Source: Spizellomyces punctatus DAOM BR117 (lineage: Eukaryota). Taken from it: a stretch of DNA of 64,000 nucleotides. The stretch lies in the NCBI GenBank assembly GCA_000182565.2, contig KQ257455.1. The stretch is one strand, 5' to 3'. Numbering within the stretch: position 1 is the stretch's first letter; the number at the start of each line of letters is the position of its first letter. Under the pieces are notes generated by a model. It worked only from the letters and a program-made list of their open reading frames with translations. It was not told the DNA's origin and did not search any database. A program made the translations under genes and the position numbers. Positions 21,763 through 35,225 of the stretch are shown one piece after another.

Positions 21763-22606
21763 ATACTGTACCTTGTATCGTTGTCAAATGCACAGCGATT
21801 CCATTAGTATGCATATCCCAATGTCCAACTTGCAATGTATCAATTGCAGTACATATGGGGCAAGACCATCATGCAGTCATCTGAATCTTGAATGACCTGC
21901 TGCTGGCACTAGAGAGATAATGCATGCCCGGAGATGTGTCCTCTCCGGTGTTGATACATATTGAATGCCCTAACGATGGCCACAATGCCTCATCCTTACC
22001 ATATTCACTGGATGTGTCTGGCATATCTAGCGTACTCGGCTGCGATGTTGCTTGTCGTATGCAAACTGACTGTCAGGTGTGGAAATCCAATGCATTGGAT
22101 GGGCATTCAAATGAGTAGCCCGTGATCGGACGAGACCGGAAGACGGTAAAATTGCATAGCCCCTCCCGATGTCACCCGAGAACCGTCACGCGCTATGATG
22201 ACACATCTTTGCGCATTATCTTGCGCCGTGGCTGCTTTTTGGGATTCCGTTCCTTTTGTTATAAAGGCTCCAGCAAGCGGTTCTCGTCGTTTCCCGACAC
22301 GGTATCCTTGAACTTTCACGATTTATTTGCGGCAATTGCATTGGCAAGAGTTTAATTTTAGTAACAAGGTGAGTACATTTATTTGTATTATCGTTTGGTA
22401 CCTGCTTTATCAACGGTCTGTGTCAGTTCCGAAGGGTTTGGGGAACCTATATAAAGGGCTGGTTTAACCTTTGACATTGCCAACACAGATCACCTTGTCT
22501 GTTGCCAAACCAATTTTTCTTGTTTGATTTTACTCCAGCTCTTTGCCGACTCCCTCTCCGACCAATCGCACCCTCCAACGAAACCTAGACCAAAGAAAAA
22601 CATAAT

Positions 22607-24690
22607 GCCACTCACAACGCCATCACCAGCGCCATCCGCCCGCCCTATCACTACTCCTGCACCCACCCCAGTCCCCTCAAAACAGTCCACGCAGCAACAA
22701 TCCGTCTCTGGAACACCGCCGACGGGAAAGACAAGCACACGCAATGTGACAATGGCCATGTATCAGAGTCACACTGTCGAGCATCATGACGGCCTTTAAT
22801 AATGGTTGGCGGGGACATATATTGATGAGCGGGGATAGAAGTGGGTAGAAACAGAATATGTTTTCGATTCAAGTGGTTTTCTTTTTTGTGTATTTGTATT
22901 TTTCTTCCTTTTAATACTCGATCATGAATATCTGAATCTCGGGTGTGGGTTGACCTTGTTGAAGATGTCGAACGATAGCGAGTACTCTCTGTAGCAATGA
23001 GCCCTTGCCGTACGGCAGACGACGGATCTTGTCGACGTCACCGTCGTCAAAAATTGGGTTGACTTTTGTTTTTTTTGACAGTTGGATCGACTGTTAAAAG
23101 ACCATTAATTAGCCTTTTCCGTTTGACACGTGCTTTCATGACTCATCCGACCAAAGTTGACCTTTCTCACAGCATGGTCGGGTCCCTGCATGGCGCTCTG
23201 GAATTTGCTTCCATCGTCGTTGTAGAAAACGGCTGTCAACGGGCTGCTTGCACTCTGTTCAGCTTCCTCTTGCGTGACTTTCCTTGGTATGCCTTTACTG
23301 AAGCAACTTGAGACTGTGTCATCCCCCCCTCGCCTTGACAATCTACCGCCTATCTCGCAAGAAGCTCGTGGAAACGCGACAAAAACAATGTCGCATCCTG
23401 GAAGGGGGAATGTTGCAAGCGACATGTTACATGAAGTTTTACAAGTCATGAAGCGGCAGCAAGGAGACGACGTTCGATCAAAGCAGTGCAGCACGCAGGA
23501 CCAGCAGGTCATGAGCGAGCACGCGCAACATCGGTCGAACATGAAGCGGCAGTCTTTTAATGGAGCACCGTTGCCTTCTGCGGCAGGTCGACTGGGGGGG
23601 TAAGTGCAATTGGATAATATTTGTATTGATAAAAAAATTTTCTGATATTTATATGGGTATGTTGCATAGACGCCAGCCATCAACAGATACTCTTGGCAAG
23701 GGATCTACTGTAGCATATCCCCCACAGCGACGCTTCTCTTATGCTATTGAAAACCACCCACCAATTCCGTACCAAGGGCATCCGCAATCTCATCAACCAC
23801 GACCCGCCGCATACCGTCTCGGTCCTACGCCTACTCCTGCTCCTGCTCAACCTCCACATCCCCCAGTCCCACATGCACGATCTGCCAATCCAACCATTGC
23901 AGCAATTCACAAGAAGCCTGAAGAAGACGAAGATGATGACGTACCTCTCGGCGTGCTGATGCAAATGGGGCGATTGCCATTTCAGTCAAAGGAATCCTCT
24001 GGTCGTCAAGGAAATGCTCCGAATGCCCGCCAAGTGTATAATTGTTTTCCCCACCCCCTTCCCTCTCCGCCCATCAATCCAAGGCGAATTCACAGCACAT
24101 CTTTCGAACATCTTCACAACCCTGCTCCGGCCTCTTCAAAGAGGATTTCACGCCATAGTGTTGTCATCGATCCCATTGTTAGTCAACCCCGGGAAGACCA
24201 TCGCCGCAACCGCCAATCTTCATTTGTACCTCCTTTATCATATCGCAATTCGGCGACTGACGTCACCCCGAACACCACAGGCAGAGAGGTCAAAAATAGC
24301 CGTCAGCGCCCAACATCTATGGTTCTAGGATATGGCTCCTCTGGTGGAGCCGCAGTGCATATACCCCCGCAGCAACAAGAGCACAGTCCTTGTACTCCGC
24401 CAATGACTCCTGTGCCTGCAAATCTCTCGGAACGTCTCCCGGCTCCGCCTCCTTTGTTACAATTCACTCAGGTTGATTTTAAGACGTCCAAGACTCTCCG
24501 TGAGTTGGCTCGTTCGACCCAACCTACACCTACGCCGTCGGAGAGCAGCGGGAGTGGAACAGGAAGTGGGCACAGCAGTGATGCTGCTCGGAAGCTGCGG
24601 AGATCATCACGAATGTCTGTAACTATGCCACCGTTGGAATATCAAAAGCCAGTCGCTGGTGATATGAAGAGAGCTAGTTTTGCGGGATGA
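22607..24690 (+). CDS. Pro/Ser-rich disordered protein of unknown function, probably multi-exon
   Basis: Long ORF 23560-24690 with DDDVPLG motif; upstream ORF segments with GTAAGT donor at ~23600; start uncertain. Confidence 0.55.
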
Positions 24691-24861
24691 TATTATTACT
24701 GTAAACTTGGATGCTTATGTAACTACATAGCTGTAGCTTGTAGACTTTGTAGACACGGACCACAAATAATAAACCTTGTTTTAGCTACAACTGTGTGTCA
24801 CGAACAGATGAGTCATACGCAGAATGCATGACGCTTGCATAGTGTCTTCTTGGCCAACATT

Positions 24862-26416
24862 ATGGGCTCTGACAACGACAACCAAGACCCGTCAACCGCT
24901 GGCACTGCGGCGGAACGGGAATTCTTTGAACAGTCGACAGATGTGCGCAAGTATTGGTATCCACTAATCCCATCCGCTGAACTAGATGCCGCAACACCTG
25001 TTGGGCTTCACCTCCTGGTATGGTGATGCAATCTGGATAGGTTGAAGCTATCTGGGTTGGGCCTGATACAGCACCCTGTAACTAGGACGATCCACTAGTT
25101 ATTTACAGGGCATATCCAGGCGGAGATGCAGTGGTAATGCGGAACATCTCTACCATACAATGCAGGTGTCACACACAAGCTAAATTCCATGAAACCCAAA
25201 CAATTTTAGATCATTCAAGACAAATGCCCTCATCGGGCGGCGCCCTTATCCCTCGGTCGCATTGTTGACGGCCATATCGAATGCAAGTATCATGGCTGGC
25301 AGTTTGACAGCACTGGTGCATGCTCCCATATCCCGTCCTATCCACCTGCGGCAAAACCGCCCCTCGCCGCACACGTTCGACAGTACCCAACACGGGAGGT
25401 AGATGGATGGATCTGGGTCTGGCCAGGAGCTTCACTGGATTCATTGGACAAGGATGGTCCTAGCTTATATATGGCCTATGGAAGGGAACAGGAGTTGGTA
25501 CCTTGGAGTGGATATGTGGATCTGGATATTGACCAGTAGAGTATTTTTGAGCCGTTTATTTCATATCATATTTGATCTCACGCCAGCTGTGATCTTGCTT
25601 TCTACGGCAGCTCTCTTTTAGTGGAAAATTTTCTCGATCCGGCTCATCTCCCGTTCGTTCACAAGACAACAATATCCAAGCGATCAAATGTGACGCCAAT
25701 CCACATATCTGCAATTCAATTCAGTCCAGGCTCGATGAAAGGTAGACAAGTGACCCCTCGACGTCCAGATTTGACTGAGGTTGAACTTGAGTTTCGAACC
25801 CCTTGCACGGTGCGGCACGATCTTCAGCGACGATCACGGAATAGATATTCACGCTTCAAATTGCCTATAGGTTGCTCTGAAATTCAAACGGCCAAAGCAG
25901 CACGAAATCCAAATTGATAATGATGTCTCTCCACCCTTACCATTTGACCAAACATTCTACGCAATTCCTACACAGAAAGGCAAATGTCGCTTTATCTATT
26001 TCCAGCGCATGCCATTTCTTCCCTCACCTACATGCACCTTCGTCAAATATTTCCCGCCTCTTCGCTGGCTAATTTCGTGGTATTTGCACCGTTTCAATCA
26101 ACGTGTGCTTTACGAGGATTATGCACTACTGAAGGGCTTGCAACGGAATCTGGCCAAGGGCGCCAAGGCGCTTGACAGCAGAACTGTGGTTGCTGCCGAT
26201 GGTCTTGTTGTCAAGTATAGAGCATGGTGGAGAAGAGCATTTGGGAGAAGAGGGAAGCGCTGGAATGTGTGGTTTGCAGGGTAGATACTCATATTTTATC
26301 GTATCTGTACACGTTTTTGGTATCTAAAACGTTCTTGCGATTGCAGGTATAACCCTGATATTGAAGATATTGTTCTGGACACGAGTAGGCCAGCGTGTGC
26401 GTCTGCTTGTGAATAA
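24862..26416 (+). CDS. Rieske non-heme iron oxygenase (PAO/VanA-like), multi-exon
   Basis: YWYPL, DKCPHRAAPLSLG...IECKYHGWQF (Rieske CxH...CxxH), ENFLDPAHLPFVH (mononuclear Fe motif), VLYEDY. Confidence 0.9.
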
Positions 26417-26608
26417 CGTAGGGATTGAGACTTGTGTCACTCATTTACCACCATGCGTACGTCTCGTAGCGCTGTTATCGTACTCGTAGTTTATTTGATT
26501 TCAACGATTGTTCAGATCAGTGTGGCTTGTCGCTTATGTCATTCTGCTGCGCACATGGACGCGTCCAACCTCGCGTGTGCCCTTGTATGCCAGCAAACTG
26601 TAAACAGT

Positions 26609-29238
26609 ATGCAAAGATCCAGCTCATTCCGCTCGCATAAGAGTAGTTCCAGCAGTTTTTCCGCAAAGCAATATATCAAGGATGATACTCGTCGCTCAAG
26701 TGAATCTTTGAGAAAGGAGAGAGGGGAGCTGAGTCGAAGTGGATCGCTACGATCTGAACGAGGAAGCCTGCGGAATGAAAGATCGGGGAAAGCCGAGAAT
26801 GGAGTGGTAGGTTCGGAAGATTTCTGATCGTAATTGAGGACGCCTAACACTTTGATGCGACGATCATCATAGATCGCTGTGGCACTGTATGATTATCGGG
26901 GTGCCACCGATGAAGAATTGAATTTCAACGAAGGCGATACTTTTGAAATCTTAACTACTGATAATCCAGAGTGGTGGTAATAAAGTTTGACAACTTAAGT
27001 ATGAATTATACTTTAATTTGACGCTTGCATACAGGTATGTGTGCACTCGTAACGGTCAAAAGCTCGAGGGATACGTTCCGACAACGTACGTCCGGAAACT
27101 GGAAGATAACGAAGTCTCTGAGAATCAAATGAAAGACAGCGGAGAGGAGGAAGGTACCTCGGAATCTGAAAGTGATGATAGTTCTGGATATGAGACTTCC
27201 GCGGAGGACTCTCAAGAAGACGATGAAGAAGACATGGGAGAGGGTACGTCTCGAAAGTGCCAATTGGACGTCGGAGCAAGTATCAATGTTACCACATACA
27301 TCAGATGAGCAAAACGATGATAGCGTGGATGCCAAATCCCCTACCGAGTCGAGTCAAACATCTGGAGAGGAAGAGGAAGACGAAATAACGGTGACACCCA
27401 CCCGCGTAGCCCAAGAGAAAGGGCGGCGAAGACATAGACAACGCCATCACTATCGACGCCCTTCAAGAAGGCGGCTAATACCTCCCGATCCGTTGAAAGG
27501 TTTCGGAATCTTGCCGCAAGGATTTCGCTTTTCGACTTTGGGAAAAACCTACGAGCAAGGTAACTTACTCCTGAACTTCTCTACTGATTCGTCAGGCACG
27601 TTTGTGTGGGTGGCTGACATTTCCCTCAAGGTATCGGACGCCTCTCAAAATCCCTCACACCGAAATTAACACCGGACGGCCTCTGTTTCAAGGATCTCCT
27701 ATGGGATCACAAGAAAGACCGGGTACATAGGCTTGAACCTTTCCAATGCCGAAATCTCACTTACAAAGTTGAATCCAGATTAAAAAGCTCTCCACCACCT
27801 GTACAATAGCTTTCTCCCTGCTCGATGCACGATATATTCCGATTCCTGGACCACATGTCCGTATCCTTGGTCGATGTGTTCGGATGGCGTTGTTTGATAA
27901 AGCGAGCATTTTGAGCAATATCCATGCTGTGCCAGCGGTGTATAATCCTGAATTCGAACATTTATGGAAATTTTCTAGCAAAGTAATGTTCGGACTGTTG
28001 TGCTAAACTAGTTAGATGTGTTATTAACTAACTTGGTGAACTTTACCAACAGGCTTCTTTGCTGTTTCCAAAAGATGATGAGAATACGTGTTTTTTACGA
28101 GTCAACGATGTTGATGTGAACTTGTGCATTCTTTTTGAGTTTTGTATGATTGTTGAGAAGGAGAGCCGGGGGGATAGACCGGGTAAGTTCCTAGGATCTC
28201 CATTCTGGGCCATGAACTCTGCGTAACCATCTTTTCTATTTGTAAGAAATCGCACAATTGAGTTGCGGATGGGGTCTTCTTCCCCTCTTCACAACCGACG
28301 GAGGCCCAATTGAGAATAAAACGTACGATATTAAACTATATGGTGGTACACCATTTGAAAAGAACGTCCGTCTTTATGAAGAGATTGGAAAGCAAGGTAG
28401 AAAGGATATTCAAGGATTTCATATCATATTGTCAGATGATGATATGTCGTCACTTTTCCAGGCCTCTTGCAAAGCCTCATTCAACCAAACAAAACACCTC
28501 GTTTGAACGTCAGAGTATGGAAACTGGGTTCTTCTGCCTTGAGGCGTTTAAAGTAAGTTCTCTGATGCAGTTGCTTCATTCTACACGGCGAATTTATAAC
28601 ATCAAAACCACAGCCACCTACCCGGCACATTGATATCCTTCCTCTCCGCCGTCCCTGCTCTTTCCATGTACCGCCAAATTCTTGCTGACGTTCTGGTAGC
28701 ACCAAAACGAGATCAAGTGTTTTCGACGATTGGGGATAGCGTCTTGGGTATTTTTCCCCTTCTCGCGGAACAGAATGATTTGTTGAGGCTTTTGGTAATG
28801 GTTTGGGAGAGAACATGGAGAACTATGAAGCGGAGCGACAAGGTATTTGTCGTGAGCTATTTGCTCAGAACTCCATTATTGGCACATTGTTTCCCCTAAC
28901 GCATGATCGGGCCGTATAGAGATCATTTACGCGGAGTAAACAGCAGTTCACGCGTTGCGTAATGGCTGTTTGGCCGCTGCTTCACGTAAGAGAGATGCCA
29001 GATTATATTCCTGGCTATGTCGAACTATCACAGGTGCAGCTTACTGCCTTTTCAGGCGTCCATAGACATAATTGTAACCTCATTTTGCATTTAGGCGAGA
29101 CAAACCATCATCCACCGATTCCAAGAAGTGGGTGTCATTGATTACTTGGGCAAAAATCCTGCTCAAGCAACCATGCGTCCCTTCAACACTGTTGAAGTGC
29201 AGTTCAACTGTCTAGCTGCAATTGCCGCTGCAAAGTAA
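26609..29238 (+). CDS. NPHP1: Nephrocystin-1 (ciliary transition-zone protein), multi-exon
   Basis: SH3 domain (ALYDYRGATDEELNFNEGD...WW...GYVP), acidic stretch, C-terminal LSCGWGLLPLF...YDIKLYGGTPFEK. Confidence 0.85.
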
Positions 29239-29414
29239 TTCAACCAATATAACGCAACCTTATATAAGTTAAGAAAAAATCATTGAACTTGTCAAGGGGA
29301 ATCATTTATATACATAACACCGTAAATCCGAAAACAAACAAAATAAAAAAACGTTAAAAATCTAATTGTAGAAACCTCTGTACCCGAGTGCCACTATGCG
29401 GCCCCTGCGTGTTA

Positions 29415-32400
29415 CTACTTTTCGCACTCCAAGGACATCTCCTTCAGTTTCGTCATACTCTTCTCCACCGGGGGTTTGGCAAGGAAGTTTTGTATTGCTG
29501 GTTTGGGCTCGAAGCTGTACTCTACCCGAGCGAGACCAGAGATATCTTTGACCCGGTTGCCCATCATTCGAAGTTTGTCGAAATTAATCATTTGACGTTC
29601 AGTACCGATCTTCGACTCATTGCCATCGTTCATGAACGTGAGATCTTTCAAGTAAATGGCTGTGAAGAAGACAGAATTGTTAGTCCCACGTAATCTGCTG
29701 AACACAATCACACAGATCACTGTACGTACGCAGGAAAGGGACGATGGGAGGAGTAGCTGCATTTAGCAGATCTCGATAATTCTTCATATTTCGTGAAGGA
29801 TCTGCCACTTTTTCTAGCTCGGCCCAAGCCTTCTTGGCCTTATCCGGTAACGCTTCCCAGGTTTTCTTCAATCGTTGAATAGGTGGCATGTTCAATCCCG
29901 CGATAAGAGCAAACATTGTGAAGAAGTTACTGAGTTCTTGACACATCTTTAAGCGAGTATCATCCATGTGAATACGAGATTATGAAAGATTGGAAACAAA
30001 ATACTGCCTCGTACCTTTGCTGTGAGAATGAACTTGCGAAGAAGACTCGTTCTCTTCTTTAGATCCTTTTCTTTAAGGATCTCCGTGCTCGCCCAGTAAG
30101 ACTCCTTGTCGAACCTTTCAATGAAATAAATCATTGATGGGGAACTTTCATTCGTCTTCTGCCAGATCTGGTTCAAATATTCGATCGGATGGATGTTATG
30201 GAACAACTTGAAGTTATGAATGCAAAGCTGTTGACTCAAGTCCTCCACGGATATCTCTTGAACCATTCCTTCAATCGTCTTGCCTCTTCGCTCCACAGTT
30301 TTGTAGTTGTGGAACATCTCCTGGTACGCCTCGCTTTGGGTTTCCATTATTCGGTATAGCTCGGCTGCATCTGATGCGAACTCGCCGTCATTGTAATCTC
30401 GAATTTGGTCCACAAAGTCTTCCAAGTCGGCTTTGATGGAGCCATCAACTCCAAAGTCATGGTAGTGGTGTTTCACCCACCATTTAAAGGCGGCAATGAC
30501 TCTGAAGAGATGACCTTTGGTATCCAAGCCAAGACCAATGAGTTCAACGAACAGGAACATACCTTCGTTGCGTTGGCACCTTCATCTTATTGAAGTACTC
30601 GACATCTTCAGGAGAAGGATCCGGTGGTAGCTCAGAATTAAACCGGGCTACTAACTGATCGAAAAATTCGAGCGGTTTAATGAACGATCGGTATGTCAAG
30701 AGGAGAGTATCCATGAATGTAGGGTCTGATATCAGAAAATCAAAATTAATGCGACGAGGAACTTCCTTTGCATTTCAGAGTTAACCCACCCTTTTCCGCA
30801 TCATCGGTCAACCGCTCTATTAGTTTCTCTGGTGTCGCGGCCATGACTTGAAGTCTGAAAGAAGTCATTAGTCAATATCCCGGTCCCAAGGGTGGACGCA
30901 AATCAATACTCACTTTCCCCCGATCAATTGGAGAATCATCACATCCCTGCCCCCTTCACTGACACACATAGTACTGTATGTCTTTTCTTTCCTTACAACC
31001 ATTACTTCATTAATCCCTTCTTGAATGTAATATGAAAGAGGACGATCCATCTCCACTGTCACGCCCTCCTTTGGTACGTCCAGTGTATAATGGTCAAAGT
31101 CCAATTTACGCTTCTGGCAAATATTGAGCAGAACTGTTTCCATCGTGAGGTCCGGTTGAATCATGATAGTAGTACTCTGTAGGTCTGGCAGAGAAACTTT
31201 CAGCACAACTCGCTTTGGATCGTCCGCAAGTATGGGCGTGGTGGGGGTGTTAAGCGTCAAAGCATAGTCGGCGCTCATGGGACCTTCAGGTACTTCTATC
31301 GCGGTTTCAATGCCCGAAAGAACGTCCGTGTTCGAACGTTGACGATTGGTGCGCAATACAGGCCGACGGAGAGTGGAGTAGCCGGAGCTGCCGCTTGTTG
31401 CTGGTGACGAGATTGTGCGCTTCCGACTAGAGAAATAAACAATAAACTCGATGACGACGAATTGATATGCTTTCTATATGAGTGACCTACATTTTTTCTC
31501 GGGCTTGTGGTTCACGAGCCACTAAAGAATCCGCTCTCGACAGTGATAACATGTCAGAAGACAAATTCGAGGTTAAAGTTGGTTCGTCAATGGCCCCTGC
31601 ACTATTATTCTTGCCATCTGGTATGCTGATTGACTGCGACGAGTTAGTGAGAGATTCACGGTCGCAAGCATCGCCGGACATGAAATTAAACCCAAGCGAG
31701 GTCACACTACGACGCAGATTTTTAGGAGCTTCACGGGATACGTCGTTACTGAAGGCTTTCAAGTTGTTTCCAGATTGATTCGGTAACGGTGGTAGAATTG
31801 GGTAAGTACCGTTAGGAGGGCTCTTTTTTCCATCATACGACGCCAATGTATCCAGGTCAGAGTCCATGCTCTGGAGACTGGAGTCTGCACTTTGAATAGG
31901 CGACGGTGCCTCAACACCAAGCCTGCTAGTAGTGCTGAACCTGCCAGCAGGTTTTTTCTCAGCCTTGTCCTCGTCTGTCATCGTAAGAGACAAAGAGCTC
32001 GTATTGTTCTCGCTCTGGGACAACCCGCTAGGGGGTCTTGGAGATTCCGGTGGAGTGGAGCTCAGACTGCCCAGTTCACCGGACATATCTGTCGCTGACT
32101 TTTTGTTAAAGAAGAGCATCGCGACATTTTTGATGGTCTTGCCTCTCCGCGCCAGCAAGCTCGTGTCAGCTTTGCCAGCTGCTAGCCGCAGTGCAAGTGC
32201 TGCTTCGTCTGTAACCGTCTTGGGAAATTCTTGGGAGGACATACGAATGGCGCTTGGTTTTGGGGCATTTAGTACAACCGATGCTCTACGTCCCTGCCGC
32301 ATCCGTGCTGGATTCGCAGTTTCACCTATAATTGATGTCTGAGATTTTGTGGAAGGTGATGACCGAATATCATCTTCACCAACCTGCTCGCTTCTGCAAT

Positions 32401-32772
32401 ATAACCCGCTCCAATCCATGGTATGTATTCAACGCTCTAGCTTCGTCAGCGATCTCTTCTTTCCCATCCGAGTACACCATCTTTGCGATGTGATGGGAAG
32501 GAGTCAGCTGCTTCTTTGAGCTAATTACGCAGAGTATCTCCCACATAGTCATGTCACCCTGAACTTGAATCACCGTTGTCATATCGTTCGGTAATTGAAC
32601 TCGGAGAAAATAATCCAGCGGGGAAGCTTCATCATTCTGCGAAAGCAGAGACGCTTTCGATCTGTCAACACATAAGTCCGTTTAATCATTTTGCGCTGGA
32701 GTCTGGATGACCATGCTAGAATTCCATATCTTTCATGATCATGACTTACTCTTGATGTTTCAAAGACGTCAT
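29415..32772 (-). CDS. Ras guanine-nucleotide exchange factor (RBD-like, REM and CDC25 domains), multi-exon
   Basis: NFFTMFALIAGLNMPPIQRLKKTWE, DPSRNMKNYR, PIVPFL, YLKDLTFMNDGN, INFDKLR; REM TFLLTYRSF. Confidence 0.9.
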
Positions 32773-33560
32773 GTTGTGCACGCAATGCGGAATGTATTTT
32801 GAGAGAATGCCAGGAGATGATGCCGGGAAAGGACGACACTCAACCGGCCACACAGACTCGAAAGTAGCCTAACGGCGCTGCCAGGTGGGTAAATCGTCTT
32901 GCCCCGACAACGGAGTCAACCATAAGATGCTGAGTGACGGGACTGCAGTGAGGATCATGAATTGCCTATTCCAGACCTTCCCTGGGTGAGGCAATCACAA
33001 TGTAAATGTGAGTTATATTTAGACGACTGCTATCACGGGGATTGATGCCGTGACCATTCATACACCCTGCAAATCTTTTTTTAGTGCCTGTGGGTCGAAG
33101 AAGTGCGGGATGCTCAGCACAAAACATGTCTTCGCTACGGGTCGCGCCTTCAAATCGAACATGTTTAACGGGAGAATGATTATTAACGGTCGGCTGGATT
33201 CTGCAGATGTTCTTGGCGCCTCAGGGGAAGTCAAGAAGCTTACGCTTGAAAGCCAACGTGCCACGCATGCTGGCGTAGCGACTGGGGCTTCTATAGACTA
33301 TGGGATCACTAGTGGTCAGATTCACCTGAACCTTGGATCTCGGCCGGGTGACCATGTGTACATAGCTTATAAGCTCTATCAGACTTTGCAAGCGTGGGCG
33401 CGCATGCGCCAACACATGCAATCAGTCGATTTGGCGACACTAATAATAACTGGCGGACATTCTGCTGACATAAGCCTTACGAAACAGAGTTCTCCCAGCG
33501 ATCTGGATTTGCTCTCAGCCCGTTTGCCCTGATGAACGCATCCTATATTCAAACCGACCC

Positions 33561-34497
33561 TCATCTGCCAGCTGCTCCTCCGCCCCCGACAAAAAGCCCA
33601 CCCAATCGATTGGATATCATACTTCCGACAAAGCCTTGAACCACACCTTGTCCGGCAATGAAATTTGTAACCTTCGCTTTTGCGTTCTGGTCGTGTAGAA
33701 CAAGCATGGTCAGCACGAGCACATGGAATGCAATGGAGAGATACCATCATCTACCTTTTCACACTTGGTGTAGCCGATGACATTTGCCATGCTCATTGTT
33801 ATGGCCACAATTGTTATCAAAAGCCACATAACTCTGGTAATTGTGAAGAAGGCAAAAAGTGCCCATATGGCGGGTGTGAGGTACAGCGAAAACCAGAAAA
33901 CTCGAGAGTCGGTGGCATTCACTATTCGGTTCTGTTACCGTATGCAGTTTTAGTGACCCAAACAACACGAGGATCCAACTGTGCTGAATACCTTACCTCA
34001 CGAGACTCAAATTTCCACTCGGTCGAACCATCTTCTTTTATTTCGTTCCACCATCGCAATCCGACCAGCAATCGACCGGTAACATTTTTGACAGTCCAAA
34101 AATCAAAGGCAAGAAGGAGAACAATGATAACAAAGGGAAGCACGTATGAACCAGTGAACAGCGAACAAAAAAGGTAGGTGAGCATAGCACCTGTTCGAAA
34201 TGCGAGGTGAAAAAAGAGCGCAATAGGGTGACTGTGGTACTGGAGTGTCTAGCGGACTTTGAACATAACCTTTCAATGTGATGAGCTGGCATACCTGGAC
34301 TGTTTGAAAATATTCTCTGATGCTGCTGGCTGTCCAGCATTGCTGAACGGTTGACCTCCAGCCTCTAGATCCACACTAGCTCCTGCTATTGGTGCGGCGT
34401 TCGACACCAAGTTTTGACGATCCCCCTTCAGAGAGAGTTCACGTTATTGGCCTTCTACTTTCAAATGTCCTCTTGGTGAATTCAAGGTTCTTACCAT
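33561..34497 (-). CDS. TVP23: Golgi membrane protein TVP23, multi-exon
   Basis: LLAFDFWTVKNVTGRLLVGLRWWNEIKEDGSTEWKFES; DSRVFWFSLY; ANVIGYTKC. Confidence 0.93.
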
Positions 34498-35225
34498 TGT
34501 GTGCGGTATGTGCGGTGTGAACTCCAAGAGGTGGAGAGAATCTAGTCCAAAGAGTCCAGCGCGTTCGCACCAATGGCGTGGCGTGATCACGTGCTACCTC
34601 CAACTTGTCGGCCTCATCACGTGCACAGCGGAGTGCTTGTCTAAGCAATCTGCCGTTGGGTTACTCTGGACAAACACCAGACCAGCAGAAGAAGTTAAAG
34701 AACCTTCTTGTACATCTCGTTGTGCTGTATAGCCAGGTATCGAGAGAGCTGAGGAGAGAACCTAGTTTATAACATTTACCTATACAGCCACGGAGGAGTG
34801 GGGGCGAATATGTGAAGATGTTTTGTTCAGTACCAGCGTCCGAACATGCATAACTAGCTCTCCCATGCATATTTTGCCCTACGGCTATAACAGCACCACG
34901 AGGTGTGTTTTCCTTCTAGCCAATTACTGCTTCCCTCTTGGCGACGGATCGTACGTTTCTGCGCCTGGTTTTCCGGGTTCTCCTCTGAATGAGCATAATG
35001 AATTCCAGGAACCATTCTCCTTTGACAGCGGTGCAATCTCTCACGTAAAGCTTAATCGTCTCAGCAAGGTCTGCGTGGCGACCCACACGGGTGGCGACGC
35101 CAATTCCAGTGGAACTTGTTGCACCACATTTTCTCTCCCAGGTATAGAAGTCAATATTTTACATATATTCTTTTATCAAAAAATCTAGCGTTGAGTTCCT
35201 TGAATGTGCTCCTTCCAGCATACAG

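Noticed and set aside
33050-33532. 160-aa plus-strand ORF between RasGEF and TVP23
   Set aside because: Non-ATG start and no recognisable motif
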